From NCBI RefSeq assembly GCF_963921235.1, contig NC_086098.1:240064001-240128000 (forward strand): a DNA stretch of 64,000 nt, written 5' to 3'. Below the pieces are notes generated by a model, which saw only the letters and a list, made by a program, of their open reading frames with translations, did no database searches and had not been told where the DNA came from. Source of the DNA: Mobula hypostoma. Lineage: Eukaryota. Of the stretch, positions 12,810 through 25,529 are shown piece by piece (position 1 is the first letter of the stretch; each line of letters opens with the position of its first letter). The translations under genes and the position numbers were made by a program.

Positions 12810-13240
12810 CTGGCGGCAAACCCAGGGGAGGTGCCTTTTTGCAGGAATCCTCCCCCATTACTTTGGGAACTTGTGGTGGAGAGTATTGCACAGAGGAGTA
12901 CCGTGAAGTCAGTTCATGGACTCCCCAAGCTGTTTGCCATTGCTGGGGCTGGGAGGAGTTCGTGCATGTGTATATGGAGTGAGAGAGGCTGCAGCCTCTA
13001 TATGAGTATCCTCAAGATTTGGCTGGACTTCATCCCTACACTCCAAATCTACAGTCACCATAAAGAAGGGTTTGGGCCACCCAGGGGAATCTTCTAGTCG
13101 ATTGCTCCTAGGCCTGGCCAAAGTGGCCATTCGCAGGTCCAAGCAGCAGGCAGTCAAGGGATCTGCCTGAGACTATTGCCTGCTCCTCTTCTAAAGTTAC
13201 ATCTGAACCTGTGCGTCTCCAGAAAAAGAGCACACTCCTT
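12810..13240 (+). mobile_element. Tx1/L1-clade LINE ORF2 C-terminal remnant
   Basis: WRVLHRGVP..., CHCWGWEEFVHVYME*ERLQPL (zinc-knuckle region), LLLGLAKVAIRRSKQQAV. Confidence 0.65.
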
Positions 13241-13274
13241 CTATGGATACAAGCTTACAATGGTCACTATTACA

Positions 13275-13500
13275 GCAGCAGCAACCCAAGCTGAATTCTG
13301 CTGCTGTCTGCAGGGAGTTTGTACCTTCTCCCTGTGACCATGTGGGTTTCCTCCCGGTGCCCCAGTTTCCTCCCACATTCCAAAGTCATATGGGTTAGTA
13401 GATTAATTGTTAATCCGCGGGTTAGTAGGTTAATTGGTCACATGGGCACTGGACCATTGGGCCGGATAGGCCTGTTTCCATGATGTATCTCTAAATAAAA
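13275..13500 (+). mobile_element. V-SINE/HE1-like SINE; other copies ~7100-7250(-), 10730-10950(-), 21760-21965(-), 23790-24050(-), 28550-28850(+)
   Basis: Core GGAGTTTGTACCTTCTCCCTGTGACCATGTGGGTTTCCTCCCGGTGCCCCAGTTTCCTCCCACATTCCAAAG plus a CR1-like tail. Confidence 0.75.
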
Positions 13501-14045
13501 AAAAATATAAATGGGGGACTTTTGCGGTATGTTCAATGGGGATGTGAGGGGTAATTTTTTTTTAACTCAGAGAATGGCAGATACCTAGAATGCACTGCCT
13601 GGTGTGATGGTGAGGCAGATACATTAGAGGCTTTCTAAGAGACATACAGATAGGCACATGGATACAAGGAAGATGGAGGGATATGGACATTGTGTAGGTG
13701 GGAGGGAATAGTGTTTGGGTGTGTTTGATTTGCTTTTTAGCTGGTTCAGCACAACAAGTGGCCTGTGCCTGTGCTGTACTGCTGTTCTATGACTGGTGGC
13801 TACCAAAGAGACACAAGTATGTTCTGGATGGAGGCGACTGTTGTCATTTGAAGCTACTGATTGTTAATCATTGAATATTGAAGTGTACTGTAATAAAGTG
13901 ATGCTGGATTCACTAAATAAACCTCATTTGAAAAAAGTATAAAGAAGATCAGAGGGGTTATGGATAGTGTAGAAGACTACCATCCGTTGCTGATATGGGT
14001 GGACAAATAGCAGATGGAGTTTAATCTAGACAAGCCTGAGGTGTT

Positions 14046-14467
14046 CCTCCAAGAGGACCTCAACCTTGTCTTAAGATTTGGAGATTTGCGTGCCTCAATA
14101 ACCCAAGAGCTATACTGGCTGGAGTCAGGGCTTTATGATTTGGCTCTTGGTAGGGTCACCCATGGCAGACAGATCAAAGGGTAGGGGCCAGACTAAGAGC
14201 GGTCCACCAGTCCTCCAGGTTCAGGAGTTCACCACAGGGCTAACAAACCTGACTGGTAAAACAAAATTGTTACAGAAACAGCAATAAAGAATCCTTTTAC
14301 ATTTAAGTGTGATGGTATTCCTGAGTCTCCACCTGGGACTTGCATAGCTGACAGTAGTAAAAACAGAAAGGAAGTTACTGACACGATGAAGGAAGTCCTG
14401 AACGGTACCAGAGATGGAAGGCTTCTGTTGCTGCCCTAAATGGCAACGGCATAATGGGCAGTAAGTG
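14046..14467 (+). mobile_element. RTE-derived non-autonomous (bipartite) element inserted in a CR1 fragment
   Basis: RTE/Expander-like 5' UTR (ACCTTGTC...TAGGGTCACCCATGGCAGACAGATCAAAGGG...CCAGACTAAGAGCGGTCC) joined to an RTE-like 3' end (GCTGCCCTAAATG...GGGCAGTAAGT). TSD TGAGGTGTT 14037-14045 and 14468-14476. Confidence 0.65.
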
Positions 14468-17019
14468 TGAGGTGTTGCACTTTGAGAGATCAAATGTAAA
14501 TGGACAGGACCTTGTTAATGGCAAGATCTTTAACCATGTGGATGTACAAAGGTCCAAATCCACCTGCCCAATAAGATGGCTGCCAGCGAGACGTATGACT
14601 CGCTGCCTCGTGCCTTGTTAGCTGGTTTAGTATCTTCAGCCCCACTCTTGCACCCACTCATAGCTCACAGGAAATCGAGTCCTGCTATGGAGTGTGAAAT
14701 CTAGGAAACTGTTCCTCCCACATAGTGGCAGGGGGTGGGCACCGCACCATCGCAGAGGCAATGAAGGGGTGCAACAGTGCTAAGAGTAGTGCTAAGGAGC
14801 AGTGAGGAGATCCCAAAGATGTACACTTAATGTTTCAGGAACAGCTTCCCTTTCATCACCAAATTTCTGACTGGCCATGAACCCATGCCTTGCTGTTTCT
14901 CTTGTGCTCTCTATATTTTTGTAACTTATAGTAATTCTTATGTCCTGCTGTTGTAGAGTGGCATGCACTCTGGCAGCATGCATTGCCATCTGGTGTGGAG
15001 GCTCCAAAGCACAGCATCATAAAGAGGCTTCAGAGGGTCGTACACACAGCCAGCTCTATCACGGGCACAAGCCTCCCCACCATCAAGGACATCTTCCAAA
15101 GGCAATGCCTCACGAGGGCAGCATCCATCATGAAGAAACTTCACGGCCCAGGTCTTGCCCTCTTCTCATTCATACCATCAGGGAGATGGTACAATTTAAT
15201 TTCTTATTGTAACCAGAGTAGGTTTTTATGTTGTGCTGCAAAACAACACACTCCACATGTCAGTGATAATAACTGATTCTAATGGTGCTCCATGGTTGCC
15301 ATACTGTTGGAGAGAACACCACACTTTCATAGGTGCTGTCAATGGCCATGTCTGTTCTCAACCTTGGCAAAGTTTCTCTGTGTTCATCAACAATGAAGGA
15401 GCTCACTATATCCTACAGCCAATGGTAATCCAACAAAGCCACCACATCAAACTAGATGGTCATTAATATGTTGCTCCTTGAGGGAGTGTGTTGTATGAGT
15501 GCCGATTTCCTGCTACCACTGTGTTATTTTCAGGGAACATCCCATCAAATGTGGCATTCTCCCCTCTCACAGCGCGATACTTCTGCCTCACCATCACTCT
15601 GCGTCCAGCATTTCCTTCTCACCCTCACTCCAATGGTGCAGCGTTCCCTCCTCACTACCACTCCCACATCCCTCAGCACTGCACAGAGATGCCAGTTAGA
15701 GTGCTTAACTCTCTGGAGGGGCCACATTGACCCAGATTGTAAGGGAAAACCCTCAATGTGTCTGGGGCCAACAAAATTCTCTGTCCCAGGACTAAGGCAA
15801 TGAGACTCAAACTCAAGAACTTTTCCTTGTGACACTATTTGTCAGGCAAGACCCTCCCCTTTGGATCCCGCTGGCATCAGCCTTACCAGGGCTACTGAGC
15901 ATGAAATCTTCCACCACTTTCCTAGACCTGGGTGATGCCGCACCGATCTGCCTGGATACAGAAGCCAGTACGTCAATGCAAATCCTTCCTTGCTGAAAGC
16001 AGGAGGAGGTAATCCCTCTGGAAATGCTAAATCTGTATTTTAATCCCCAGCTTGAGAAACATTTACACTGACACTGTGCTTCAAACCTAGAGGAACATGC
16101 TGACTGGAAGTAAATGAATAATTTTAACTCCTTGTGACACCAGTTTCTGACGCACTGTTGGATTAAGATGCCTGTAGGAACATTAGGATGGAAAATTGTG
16201 AGCTCAAATGCTAACCTTGCAACTTCTCCCCATAAAGGTCGACACAGTAGCGTAGCAGTTAGCATTGCGCTATAACAGCTGGCACAGCTTGGTGGGCCAG
16301 AAAGGCCTGTTCCATGCTGTATCTCTAAATAAATAAATATTTGGGGACTGGGCGAGCTGATCCACAGACTGGTCAAGTCACCCTCTCAGAGTCAGAACTA
16401 CAATGTTTTCCACCACATCTCTGGATACGCACTGTGCCATTAGCAGATCAGACCTATTACAGGCACAAGGGACAGCCCTTGGAGTATTCAACATTGACCA
16501 ACCCCCATCAAGCTAAACATGGGCAAGGAAACCTCCTCCAGACTCCTACCTCCCAGCCATCCACTTCTGGTGAACCAGTGCCCCTCCAGATTGTAGCAGC
16601 AAACAATCAACTGGAGGTACTCAGGAGGTCAAGAAGCATCTGTTGGAGAAAAGGAATTGCTGACATTTGGTTCAGTCCTGATGCAGGGCCTCAAACTGAG
16701 ATGACTGCAGCTTCTCTCCTTCTATGGTTGCTGCTTGATCTGTGGAGCTCCTCCATCAGGTTATTTGCTGCTCCTCGGCAGTCTCTTGTGTCTCCTCCAA
16801 GCTGGAAGAAGCAGTGGGAGTGGTAAGGGTACAGAATGTCATCTGGTTGAGGACTTCAATGTCCATCACCAGGAATGGCTTGTTAACACCACCACCACTG
16901 AGTTGGTCAGTCCTGAAGGATAGACAGGGTCTGTGGTAGACAGTGATTACTCAATACCATGGACCTTTATCCTCACCATTCTACCCATCACGGATGTACA
17001 GTGCCTCCCCATGACAGTA

Positions 17020-18755
17020 TAAAACAGAGGCGAGAGTGGGTATCCGAAAACGATGCTGGAGAGGTAGTAATGGGGGCCAAGGAAATGACAGATGGACTGA
17101 ATAAGTATTTTACATCAGTCTTCAATGTGGAAGACACTAGCAGCATGGTGGAAGTTCCATGTGTCAGGAGGTAAGAAGTGTGTAAAGATACCATTACTAG
17201 AGGGAAGGTTCTTGGGAAACTGAAAGGTCTGAAGGTGGAGAAGTCACCTGGTGTACACCCCAGGGTTCTGAAAGAGGTGGCTGAAGAGATTGTGGAGGCA
17301 TTAGTAATGATCTTTCAAGAATCACTAGATTCTGGAAGGCTGGAAAATTGCACATGTCACTCCAATTTTCAAGAAGGGGGAGAGGCAGAAGAAAGGAAAT
17401 AACAGGCCAGTTACTCTGACCTCAGTGGCTGGGAAGATGTTGAAGTCCATTGTTAAGGATTAGTTTCAGGGTACTTGGAGGCACATGATAAAATAGCCCA
17501 TAGTCAGCATGGCTTCCTCCAGGGAAAATCTTGGCTGACAAATCTGTTGTAATTCTTTGAAGAAGTAACATTCAGGATAGACAAAGGAGAATCGGTTGTT
17601 GTGTAGTTGGATTTTCAGAAGGCCTTAGACAAGGTGCCACACATGGCTGTTTAACAAGCTACAAGCCCATGATATTACTGAAAAGATTCATGCTTGGATA
17701 AGCAGTGGTTGATTGGCAAGAGGCAAAGAGTGGGAATAAAGGGAGCCTTTTCTGGTTGGCTGCCAGTCACTAATGGTGTTCCACAGGGGTCTGTGTTGGG
17801 ACCAATTCTTTTTATGTTATATGCCAATGATTTGGATGATCGAATTAATGGCTTGTTGTAAAGTTTGTAGATAATACGAAGATAGGCAGAGGGGCAGGTA
17901 GTCTTGAGGAAGTAGAGAGGCTGCAGGAGGACAGACAGATTAGGAAAATGGGCAAAGAACTGGCTGATGGAATACAGTCTCGGGAAGTGTATGGTCATGC
18001 ACTTTGGTAGAAGAAATGAAAGGGTTGACTATTTTCTAAATGGAGAGAAACTGCAAATAATGACAAAGGGACTTAAGAGTCCTTGTGCAGGATTCCCTAA
18101 AGGTTAATTGGCAGGTTGAGTCTGTGGTGAGCAAGGAAATGTGATGTTAGCATTCATTTCAAGAAGACTAGAACATAAAAGCAAGGATGTAATGTTGAGA
18201 CTTTACAAAACACTAGTGAGGCCTCACGGGAGTATCGAGAACAGTTTGGGGCCCCTTATCATAGAAAGGATGTGCTGAAACTGGAGAGAGTTCAAAGGAG
18301 GTTCATGAATATGTTTCCAGGATTAAACAGATTGTCATATCAAGAGTATTTGATGGTTCTGCATTCACTGGAATTTAAAAGAATGAGGAGTGACCACATT
18401 GAAGCTATCGGATGGTGAAATGGATAGAGTGGATATGGAGAGGACGGTGGGAGTATCCAAGACCAGAGGACACAGCCTCAAAATAGAAGGGCGTCCGTTA
18501 GAACAGAGATGAAGAGGCATTTCTTTAGCCAGAGAGTGGTGAATCAGTTGCCACAGGCATCTGAGGAGGCCACGTCTTTACGTATATTTAACGCAGAGGC
18601 TGATAGAGTCTTCATTGGTCAGGACACGAAGGGATACAGGGGAAAGGCAGGAAATTGAGGCTGAAAGGAAAAATAGATCAGCCATGATGAAATGGCGGAG
18701 TATGCTTGATGGGCCAAATGGCCTAATTCTGCTCCTATATCTTGTGGTCTTATGG
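17020..18755 (+). mobile_element. CR1 LINE, 5'-truncated, decayed RT
   Basis: LNKYFTSVF, KSPGVHPRVLKE, DFQKALDKVPH, GVPQGSVLGP motifs with stops. CR1 tail at ~18700-18755. Confidence 0.88.
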
Positions 18756-20184
18756 ATAAGTGCAACTCCAATAACCCTCAAGAATCATGACACCATTGCG
18801 ATGAAGCAGCCACCACCCTCCATGCATCCTTCCACCACTGCAATGTGTACTGCCTACAAAATAGACTGAGGTTACTTGCCCAGGCTTCCCCAACAGCACC
18901 TGCTCACCAACAAGGATAAAGGCAGCAGGGCAGGATAACACCATCACCTGCAGGTTCCCCTCCAAGTCATACACCAACATGGGAAGATATTATTTCTCCA
19001 TCACTATCAATCGCAGAATTGCCTCCTCAGAAGCACCATGGGAGGACATCCACCACATGGACTGCAGTGGTTCAAGGGATGGGAGGGGGTGCTTCACCTC
19101 CACTTTCTCAAAGGGAAGAAAGGAATGGGAAATAAATGCCCTAGTTTCCAAAATGTTTAAATAAAGTTAGAAAGGTGAGTGGGGTACCCAACTATTCACT
19201 GCATTATCGATCTATTTATGAAGCATCCTTACCTCAACTCCATTTGCTCTACATTTGTTCAAAATCTTGCACGAAAGGGTCAAAACCTTTCAACCCTGAC
19301 AGTCATACAAAGCAGAAACAGGTCCTTTGGCCAAACTGGTCCTTGCCAACCAAGATTCACATCTACATTAGTCCCATTTGCTTGCATTTGGCCATGTCCC
19401 TCTAATTCTTCCTATGCATATACCGTTCAAATTAAATTATTTGCCTCAAGCACTTCCTCTGGCAGCTTGATCTATCTACTGACCATCCACCGGGTGAACA
19501 AGTTACCCCTCAGGTTCCTGGTAATTCTCTCCCCTCTCACCTAACCCTGTGCCCTCTAGTTCTTGATTCCTCAACCATGGGGAAAGAAAGACTGCAACCT
19601 TTATGCCCCTTTTGATTTTATATATCTTGATAAGGCTATCCATCATTCTCCTATGATCCAATGAAAGAAAGATCCAACCAATTCAACCTCTCTTCATACC
19701 TCATTTATTTTTTTCCCTTATTCAAAGGAATTCACTAAATGGTTACAAACACCGCACAGACCACTGGTGAACCCCACGAGAACCACTGCATGGTCACAGA
19801 ACATACAGCATTACAGCACAGTACAGGTCCTTTAGCCCACAATATTGTGCTGACCTTTTAACCTACTCCAAGATCAATCTAACTCTTCCTCTCACATAAC
19901 CCTTCATTTTTCTTTTATGTGCCTATCTAAGAGTTTCTTAAATGTCTCTAATGTATCTGCGTCTAACACCAACCCTGGCAGGGCACTCCACACATCCACC
20001 ACTCACTGTAAAAAACCTACCTCTGACGTTTCCCCTATACTTTCCTCCAGTCACCTGAAAATTATGCTCTGTTGCATTAGCCATGTCTGCCCTGCGAAAA
20101 AGGTGCTGGTTGTCCACATCTATCTCTGCCTTTTATCATCTTGTACACCTCTATCAAGTCACCTCTCACTCCTCCTTCACTCCA

Positions 20185-21010
20185 AGAATGTCAGCAAGAC
20201 CAAGGAACTGATTGTAGATTTCAGGAGAGGGAAACCAAAGGTCCATGAATCAGTAATCATTGGAGGATCAGAGGTGGAGAGGGTCAGTAACTTTAAATTC
20301 CTGGGTGTCACTATCTCAGAGGACCTGTCCAGGACACATCATATAAATGTAATTGCAAAGAAAGCACAACAGCACCTCTACTTTCTCAGGAGTCTGCGGA
20401 GATTTGGCATGACATCAAAAATCTTGACAAACTTCTATAGATGTGTAGTGGAAAGTGTACTGACTGGCTGCATTGCAGCCTAGTATGGAAACACCAATGC
20501 CTTTGAGCAGAAAATTCTACAAAAGATAGTGGATTTGGCCCAGTACATCACAGATAAAGCCCTCCCAACATTTAGCACATCTACATGAAACGCTGTTGTA
20601 GGAAAGCAGCAATCATCAAAAATCCTCACCACCCACTAGGCCATGCTCTTTGCTCACTGCTGCCATCAGGTAGAAGATACAAGTGCCTCAGGACTCGCAC
20701 CACCAGGTTCAAAAACAGTTACTACCCTCAAACCATCAGGCTCTTGAACAAAAGAGGATAACTCCCATCATCTATTGAGATATTCCCACAACTAATAATC
20801 TCACTTTAAGGACTTTATCTTGCTATTTCATGCTCTCATTGTTTATTGCTATTTATTTATTTATATTTGCATTTGCAGTTTGTTTACATTTTACTTGTTA
20901 TATTTACTATTCTATAGATTTGCTGTGTATGCCTGCAGGAAAATGAATCTCAGGGTTGGATGTGGTGACATGTATGCACTCTTGATAATAAATTTGACTT
21001 TGAACTTTGA
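20185..21010 (+). mobile_element. Rex1/Babar-like LINE 3' part inserted in a minus-strand CR1 tail (~19800-21090)
   Basis: NVSKTKELIVDFRR...FKFLGVTISEDLS...AQQHLYFLRSL...FYRCVVESVL. (ACTTTGA)n tail. CR1 sequence resumes on both sides. Confidence 0.85.
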
Positions 21011-21097
21011 AGAAGAAAAGCCCTAACTCACTCAACCTGTCTTTATAAGACATGCACTATAATCCATGCAGCATTATGGTAAATCTCTACACCCTCA

Positions 21098-21535
21098 GGA
21101 TGAGGCTTTTCATTCCAGAACTACTAAGATGTCCTCCTTCTTCGAAGAAAGGGGCATCCCTTCCTCACCATCAATGCTGCCCTCACCCACATGTCTTCCA
21201 TTTTGCGCATGACTGCCTTCAACCCATCCTCCCGCTATCACACCAGGAATAGGGTCCCTCTTCTCCTCACCACCAGCCTCCGCGACCAGCACATAATTCT
21301 CCACAACTTCCGCTATCTCCAACAGGATCCCACATCTTTCCCCACCACTTCTTCCACTCCTCCCTCCACCTTCTTACTCTGACTTCTCTTTCTTTTCAGA
21401 CCTGATGAATGGTCTTGGCCCAAAACATCAACTGTTTACTCTTTTCCATAGATCCTGCCTGGCCTGTTGAATTCCTCCAGCATTTTGTGTGCGTTGCTTT
21501 GGATTTCCAGCATCTGCAGATTTTCTCATGTTTGG
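21098..21535 (+). mobile_element. Penelope-like element internal-deletion derivative
   Basis: FEERGIPSSPSMLP../RNRVPL..TSLRDQHIILHNFRYLQQDPT (PLE RT-EN linker) fused to a pLTR with degenerate CTGATGA...AAAAC. Confidence 0.7.
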
Positions 21536-22174
21536 GAGCCCCCTCCTATCCACCTTTTCTCCTGTGGAAGAATACCCACACCAGGTTCCAACGTTTATCC
21601 CTTGATCCAAGATGGAAAAGGTGGGTGGAAGGAGACAAGTGTTGTGCCAATGATTACTTGTGAAATGTGAAGATAGATGCAAAATGGAAACAGGTTCTTT
21701 GGAGAACTGGTCTGTAGTGATTTGTTTATTCTCCCCATATCCCCAACAGTACTTTTTCCCCCACTTATTTCTCCCTCATATTCCCACTAACTCCCCCCAC
21801 CTTTGGATTCTACCCCTCACTGGGAGGGCAATCTATAGCAGCCAACTATCCCACCAACCCAGTGTTGGGGAAACCCACATGGTTACAGGGAGAACAGACA
21901 GATAGCACTGGAATTCAGGACTGAACCTGGGTCTCTGGCGCTGTGAGACAGCAGCTCTACCTGTGTCGTTGTATGTGCTTATCCTCTGTATTATACTTCC
22001 CAAATTGGGGCGGGGGGTGTGAGTTTGCCACTTTACAGAAGGAATCACTAACGAGCTCAGGCAGAATAGTGTACAGTATCATTTCACATTTACTTAATAT
22101 CTAGAAGGCAGGACTGTTGGGTTGGGGAAGGAGAAACCTTTTGGGGGTGGGCGGGTTGGCAAGAGGCTCAGGTT

Positions 22175-22695
22175 TCAGAAGTGGCACAGCTTCAGGATGC
22201 TCTCTACCCCTCGGCTGGGGCTGAAGAACGGGGCAACAGGGCAGCGGAAATTGGTCCTGAAGGTGCAGAGGAGATCCATGCAGCAGGCATCATAGAAGGA
22301 GACCTGGCCAGCTTCAAAGTCCAAGTAGACACCTACCCTGGAGAGCTTGGAGGTCACCTCCAGGGGCTGACGGCGCTTGTTGTTCATCCAGTAGTCCAGC
22401 AGCCTGCAGATGCTCCAGTAACCGTTGGATGGTGCCAGCTTGATGTAGCCCTTGCGGGCACTGTGGATGCAGGTCACACCCAGGTACCAGGCCTGCGAGT
22501 CTCCTACCTCCACCTCCCAGTAGTGCCGTCCTGATTTGAAGTGGGTCGTGGCCAGCACCCCGTGGAATGAGCTGAAACGTTTGGGGTCATCGGAGGTTTG
22601 ACCCCGTGAGCCAGAGGACTCCACCATGGTGCAGTCTCTATTGAAGCGGAGGCTGGGGTGGGCGGTCAGGGGGTTGAAGTAGAGATTCTCCGGCC
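22175..22695 (-). CDS. TRIM exon 7: PRY/SPRY (B30.2) domain and stop
   Basis: aatttcag|GG CCG GAG. FNPLTAHPSL...DDPKRF...SGRHYWEVEVG...WYLGV...NGYW...RVGVYLDFEAGQVSFY...PFFSP. TGA at 22177-22175. 521 nt. Confidence 0.96.
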
Positions 22696-24102
22696 CTGAA
22701 ATTGTTTAACAAATAATAAATTATTCAGCAACAACAGGTGTCAAGTTCCATCTTTTTCCTTCCCTCCTGTCTCCCACCAGCTCAAAGTTCAAAGTAAAAT
22801 TATTATCAAATTTATGTATTCCATAACTTTGAGATTCAATTTCTTACGGGCACCCACAAAACAAAGAAATACAATAGAATCCACAAAAATAACACACACA
22901 CCACACACACAAAGACCAACAAACATCCTATGTGCAAAGGAGGACAAATCCCCTAAACAATAAAAAGTAAACAACTAATACATCAAACGTGAGCTGCGGA
23001 GTTCAGTGCTGAGGTGAGTGAAGGTGGTCCAGGAGCCTAATTGCTTCAGGGCAACAACCGCTTCCGAACCTGGCAGTGTGGGACCCAAGACTCCTCCACC
23101 TCCTGCCTGATGGTAGCAGGAAGAAGAGAGGAAGAAGAGTCAAATGCAGGCAGATAGTGCTTAACACTGGTTCATTTTCAGCTCTTAGATTTTGATGCTT
23201 TAATCTGGCTCAACACATTAATCAATGCAGAGTAGTGGAGGTGTACATTGGTTATACCCCAACACATCACATCATGAGAGGAGGTCATTCAACCTATCCT
23301 ACCCCTGTGCTGCCTCCCCTGCCCTAAAAGGGCAACCACTGTAATTATTAGCTTCCTTCTTTCAGGATCTTAATGCATTAGAAGCAGCTCTGAGAAGTTT
23401 TACTGCATTGATACGTGGACCAAGTGGGGTACAGTGTTAATAATGGTTGGATATTTTGGGTTTAGAAGAGAGAGAGAGAACTTAATTGAACCATGCAAGA
23501 GATGTCAGACATGACAGATGTGGAGAGGATACTTCCTCTTAAGGAAGAATAGAACTAAGAGGTCATCTTAAACCAGAGGCAAGGTGAATTCTTGAAGCCA
23601 CTGCCTCAAATCTCCAGTTTACCCAGTTTCAATCCTGATATCAGTTTTGCCTGTGTGGACTTTGCAGTTCTCCTTGTGTCTGCACTCTGAGTGTTACAGT
23701 TTCTCCTAAATCTCAAGGACTTGTGTAGCGAGGAAATGGTTTATTACTGACACAGTGTCCTTCAGCCCATCAAGTCTATACAGACCATTTACACCGATCC
23801 CATTATATTCTCCCCATATTACCCATCAACTCTCCCCAGATTCTACCCTCATCCTCACATCGAGGGAGCAAATGGCAGCTGATTAACCCACTGACCCCGC
23901 ACATCATGGGATGTGGGAGGAAACTGGAAAATCTGGGGAAAACACACACCAGTGCAGGGTGAAGGTACAAATTCCATACATTCAATGCCCAAGACTGGGA
24001 ATGAACTTGGATTCCTGGCTCTGTGAGACAGCGGCTCTATCTGAACCCTCCTCCAGTAACCGTGACATGGGTCTGGCAAAGAATTCACGAACATGGAGGA
24101 TT

Positions 24103-24403
24103 GTCTTATTTCAAAAGGCAGTCTGTTCTCCTCACCTTCTCAACAGGCGATCTGGGATGGGCAGAAAATACTTGCTTTGTGGCAATGCCCTGTCCCTTAA
24201 ATGATTAAATATGACCTTGAAGTTGTGCAGAGAAGCCACTGAATTCAGTATGCGCAACACAGGACCAGGTCCTTCTCTGTCTTAGTGTTTCTGTCTCAAA
24301 CCAGCCTCCTCCTGCGCTTCTCCTAAACCCATCTTCCTGTGTTGCCCATCCCAGATCGCCTGTTGAGAAGGTGAGGAGAACAGACTGCCTTTTTAAATAA
24401 GAC
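24103..24403. repeat. 61-bp inverted repeat with 179-bp spacer
   Basis: 24103-24163 is the reverse complement of 24343-24403 with 1 mismatch. Confidence 0.9.
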
Positions 24404-24750
24404 CATAAGACATGGGAACAGAATTAGGCCATTTGGCCCATTGAGGCTTCTTCACCTTCGATCATGGCTGATTTATTTTCCCTCTCAACCCCATTCTCCT
24501 GCCTTCTCCCAAAAGGCTTTGAAACCCTTATTAATTATGTACCTATCAAACTTTACTTTAAATATACCCAATAACTTAGCCATCTGTGGCAATGAATTCA
24601 ACAGATTCACCAACTTCTGGCTAAGTAAATTCCACCTCATCTCCAGTCTAGAGGGATGTCCTTCTATTTTGAGGCCATGTCCTCTGGTCCTAGACTCTTC
24701 CATTATCAGAAACATCTTCTCTATGTCTACTCTATCTGGGCCTTTCAACT
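24404..24750 (-). mobile_element. CR1 LINE 3' fragment
   Basis: ORF 24485-24748: ESRTRGHGLKI...VNLLNSLPQ. (TCTTATG)-type tail. Confidence 0.8.
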
Positions 24751-25529
24751 CATCCCGTCTGTAGGGTGACAGTGTCTCTGAGGAGGGGTTTGCAGGGTTT
24801 AGAGAGAGCGAGAGGGAGAAGCAATTTGGTTATGGCAGTCTTCACAGCAGAGTCAGAATGTTCACCCTTCTTAGAGTACTGAAACTGACTAATGATATAA
24901 TTTTCCATGAATCCTTCCCTATCTCTGTAATTCCCTCCACCTCTACTCCCCTGTCTAACACTCCCTCCATCACTTACTCCCCTCCCTATCTTTGCAACTC
25001 CCTCCAGCCCTATACCCCTTAATATCTCTATAGCCCCCAGTTCTATCCCTTACACCCTTCCTATCTCCAAAACTCCTTCTGGTTCCTACACCCCTCTTCA
25101 TCTCCATAACTATCCTCTGTCCCTTACACCCTCCCTATCTCTGTAACTCACTTTGGCTTCAATAGCTCTATTTCTATAATCCCCACCAGACCACTACACC
25201 ACTCCTTACCTTTGTAATTTCCTCCAGCCCCTATATCACCACACTCTTCCAATTCTAGACCCTTGATTGTCCCCTAATTCTCATTGCTCCACCACTGGAG
25301 AGGGGAGAAAGGGGGCATGGGCTCTGAACTCCAGAATGCCCTTCAGAACCTGCACTCCTTTAAAACCCTTAGAGCCATACTCACAAAACACTACAGCATA
25401 AAAACAAGCCCTTCAGCCCATCTAACCCATGCTGAACTATTATTCTGCCCATGCCATAGACTCGCAACTGGACCATAGCCCTTCATACCCCTCCCATCCA
25501 TGTACTTATCCAAACACCTCCTAAAACGT

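Noticed and set aside
21725-22094. TRIM polyadenylation signal (AGTAAA 22094-22089 or AATAAA 21730-21725)
   Set aside because: Cannot choose between the candidates without 3'-end data, so not annotated.
22673-22690. ENLYFN resembling a TEV protease site
   Set aside because: Coincidental variant of the PRY start motif; P1 is not Gln.
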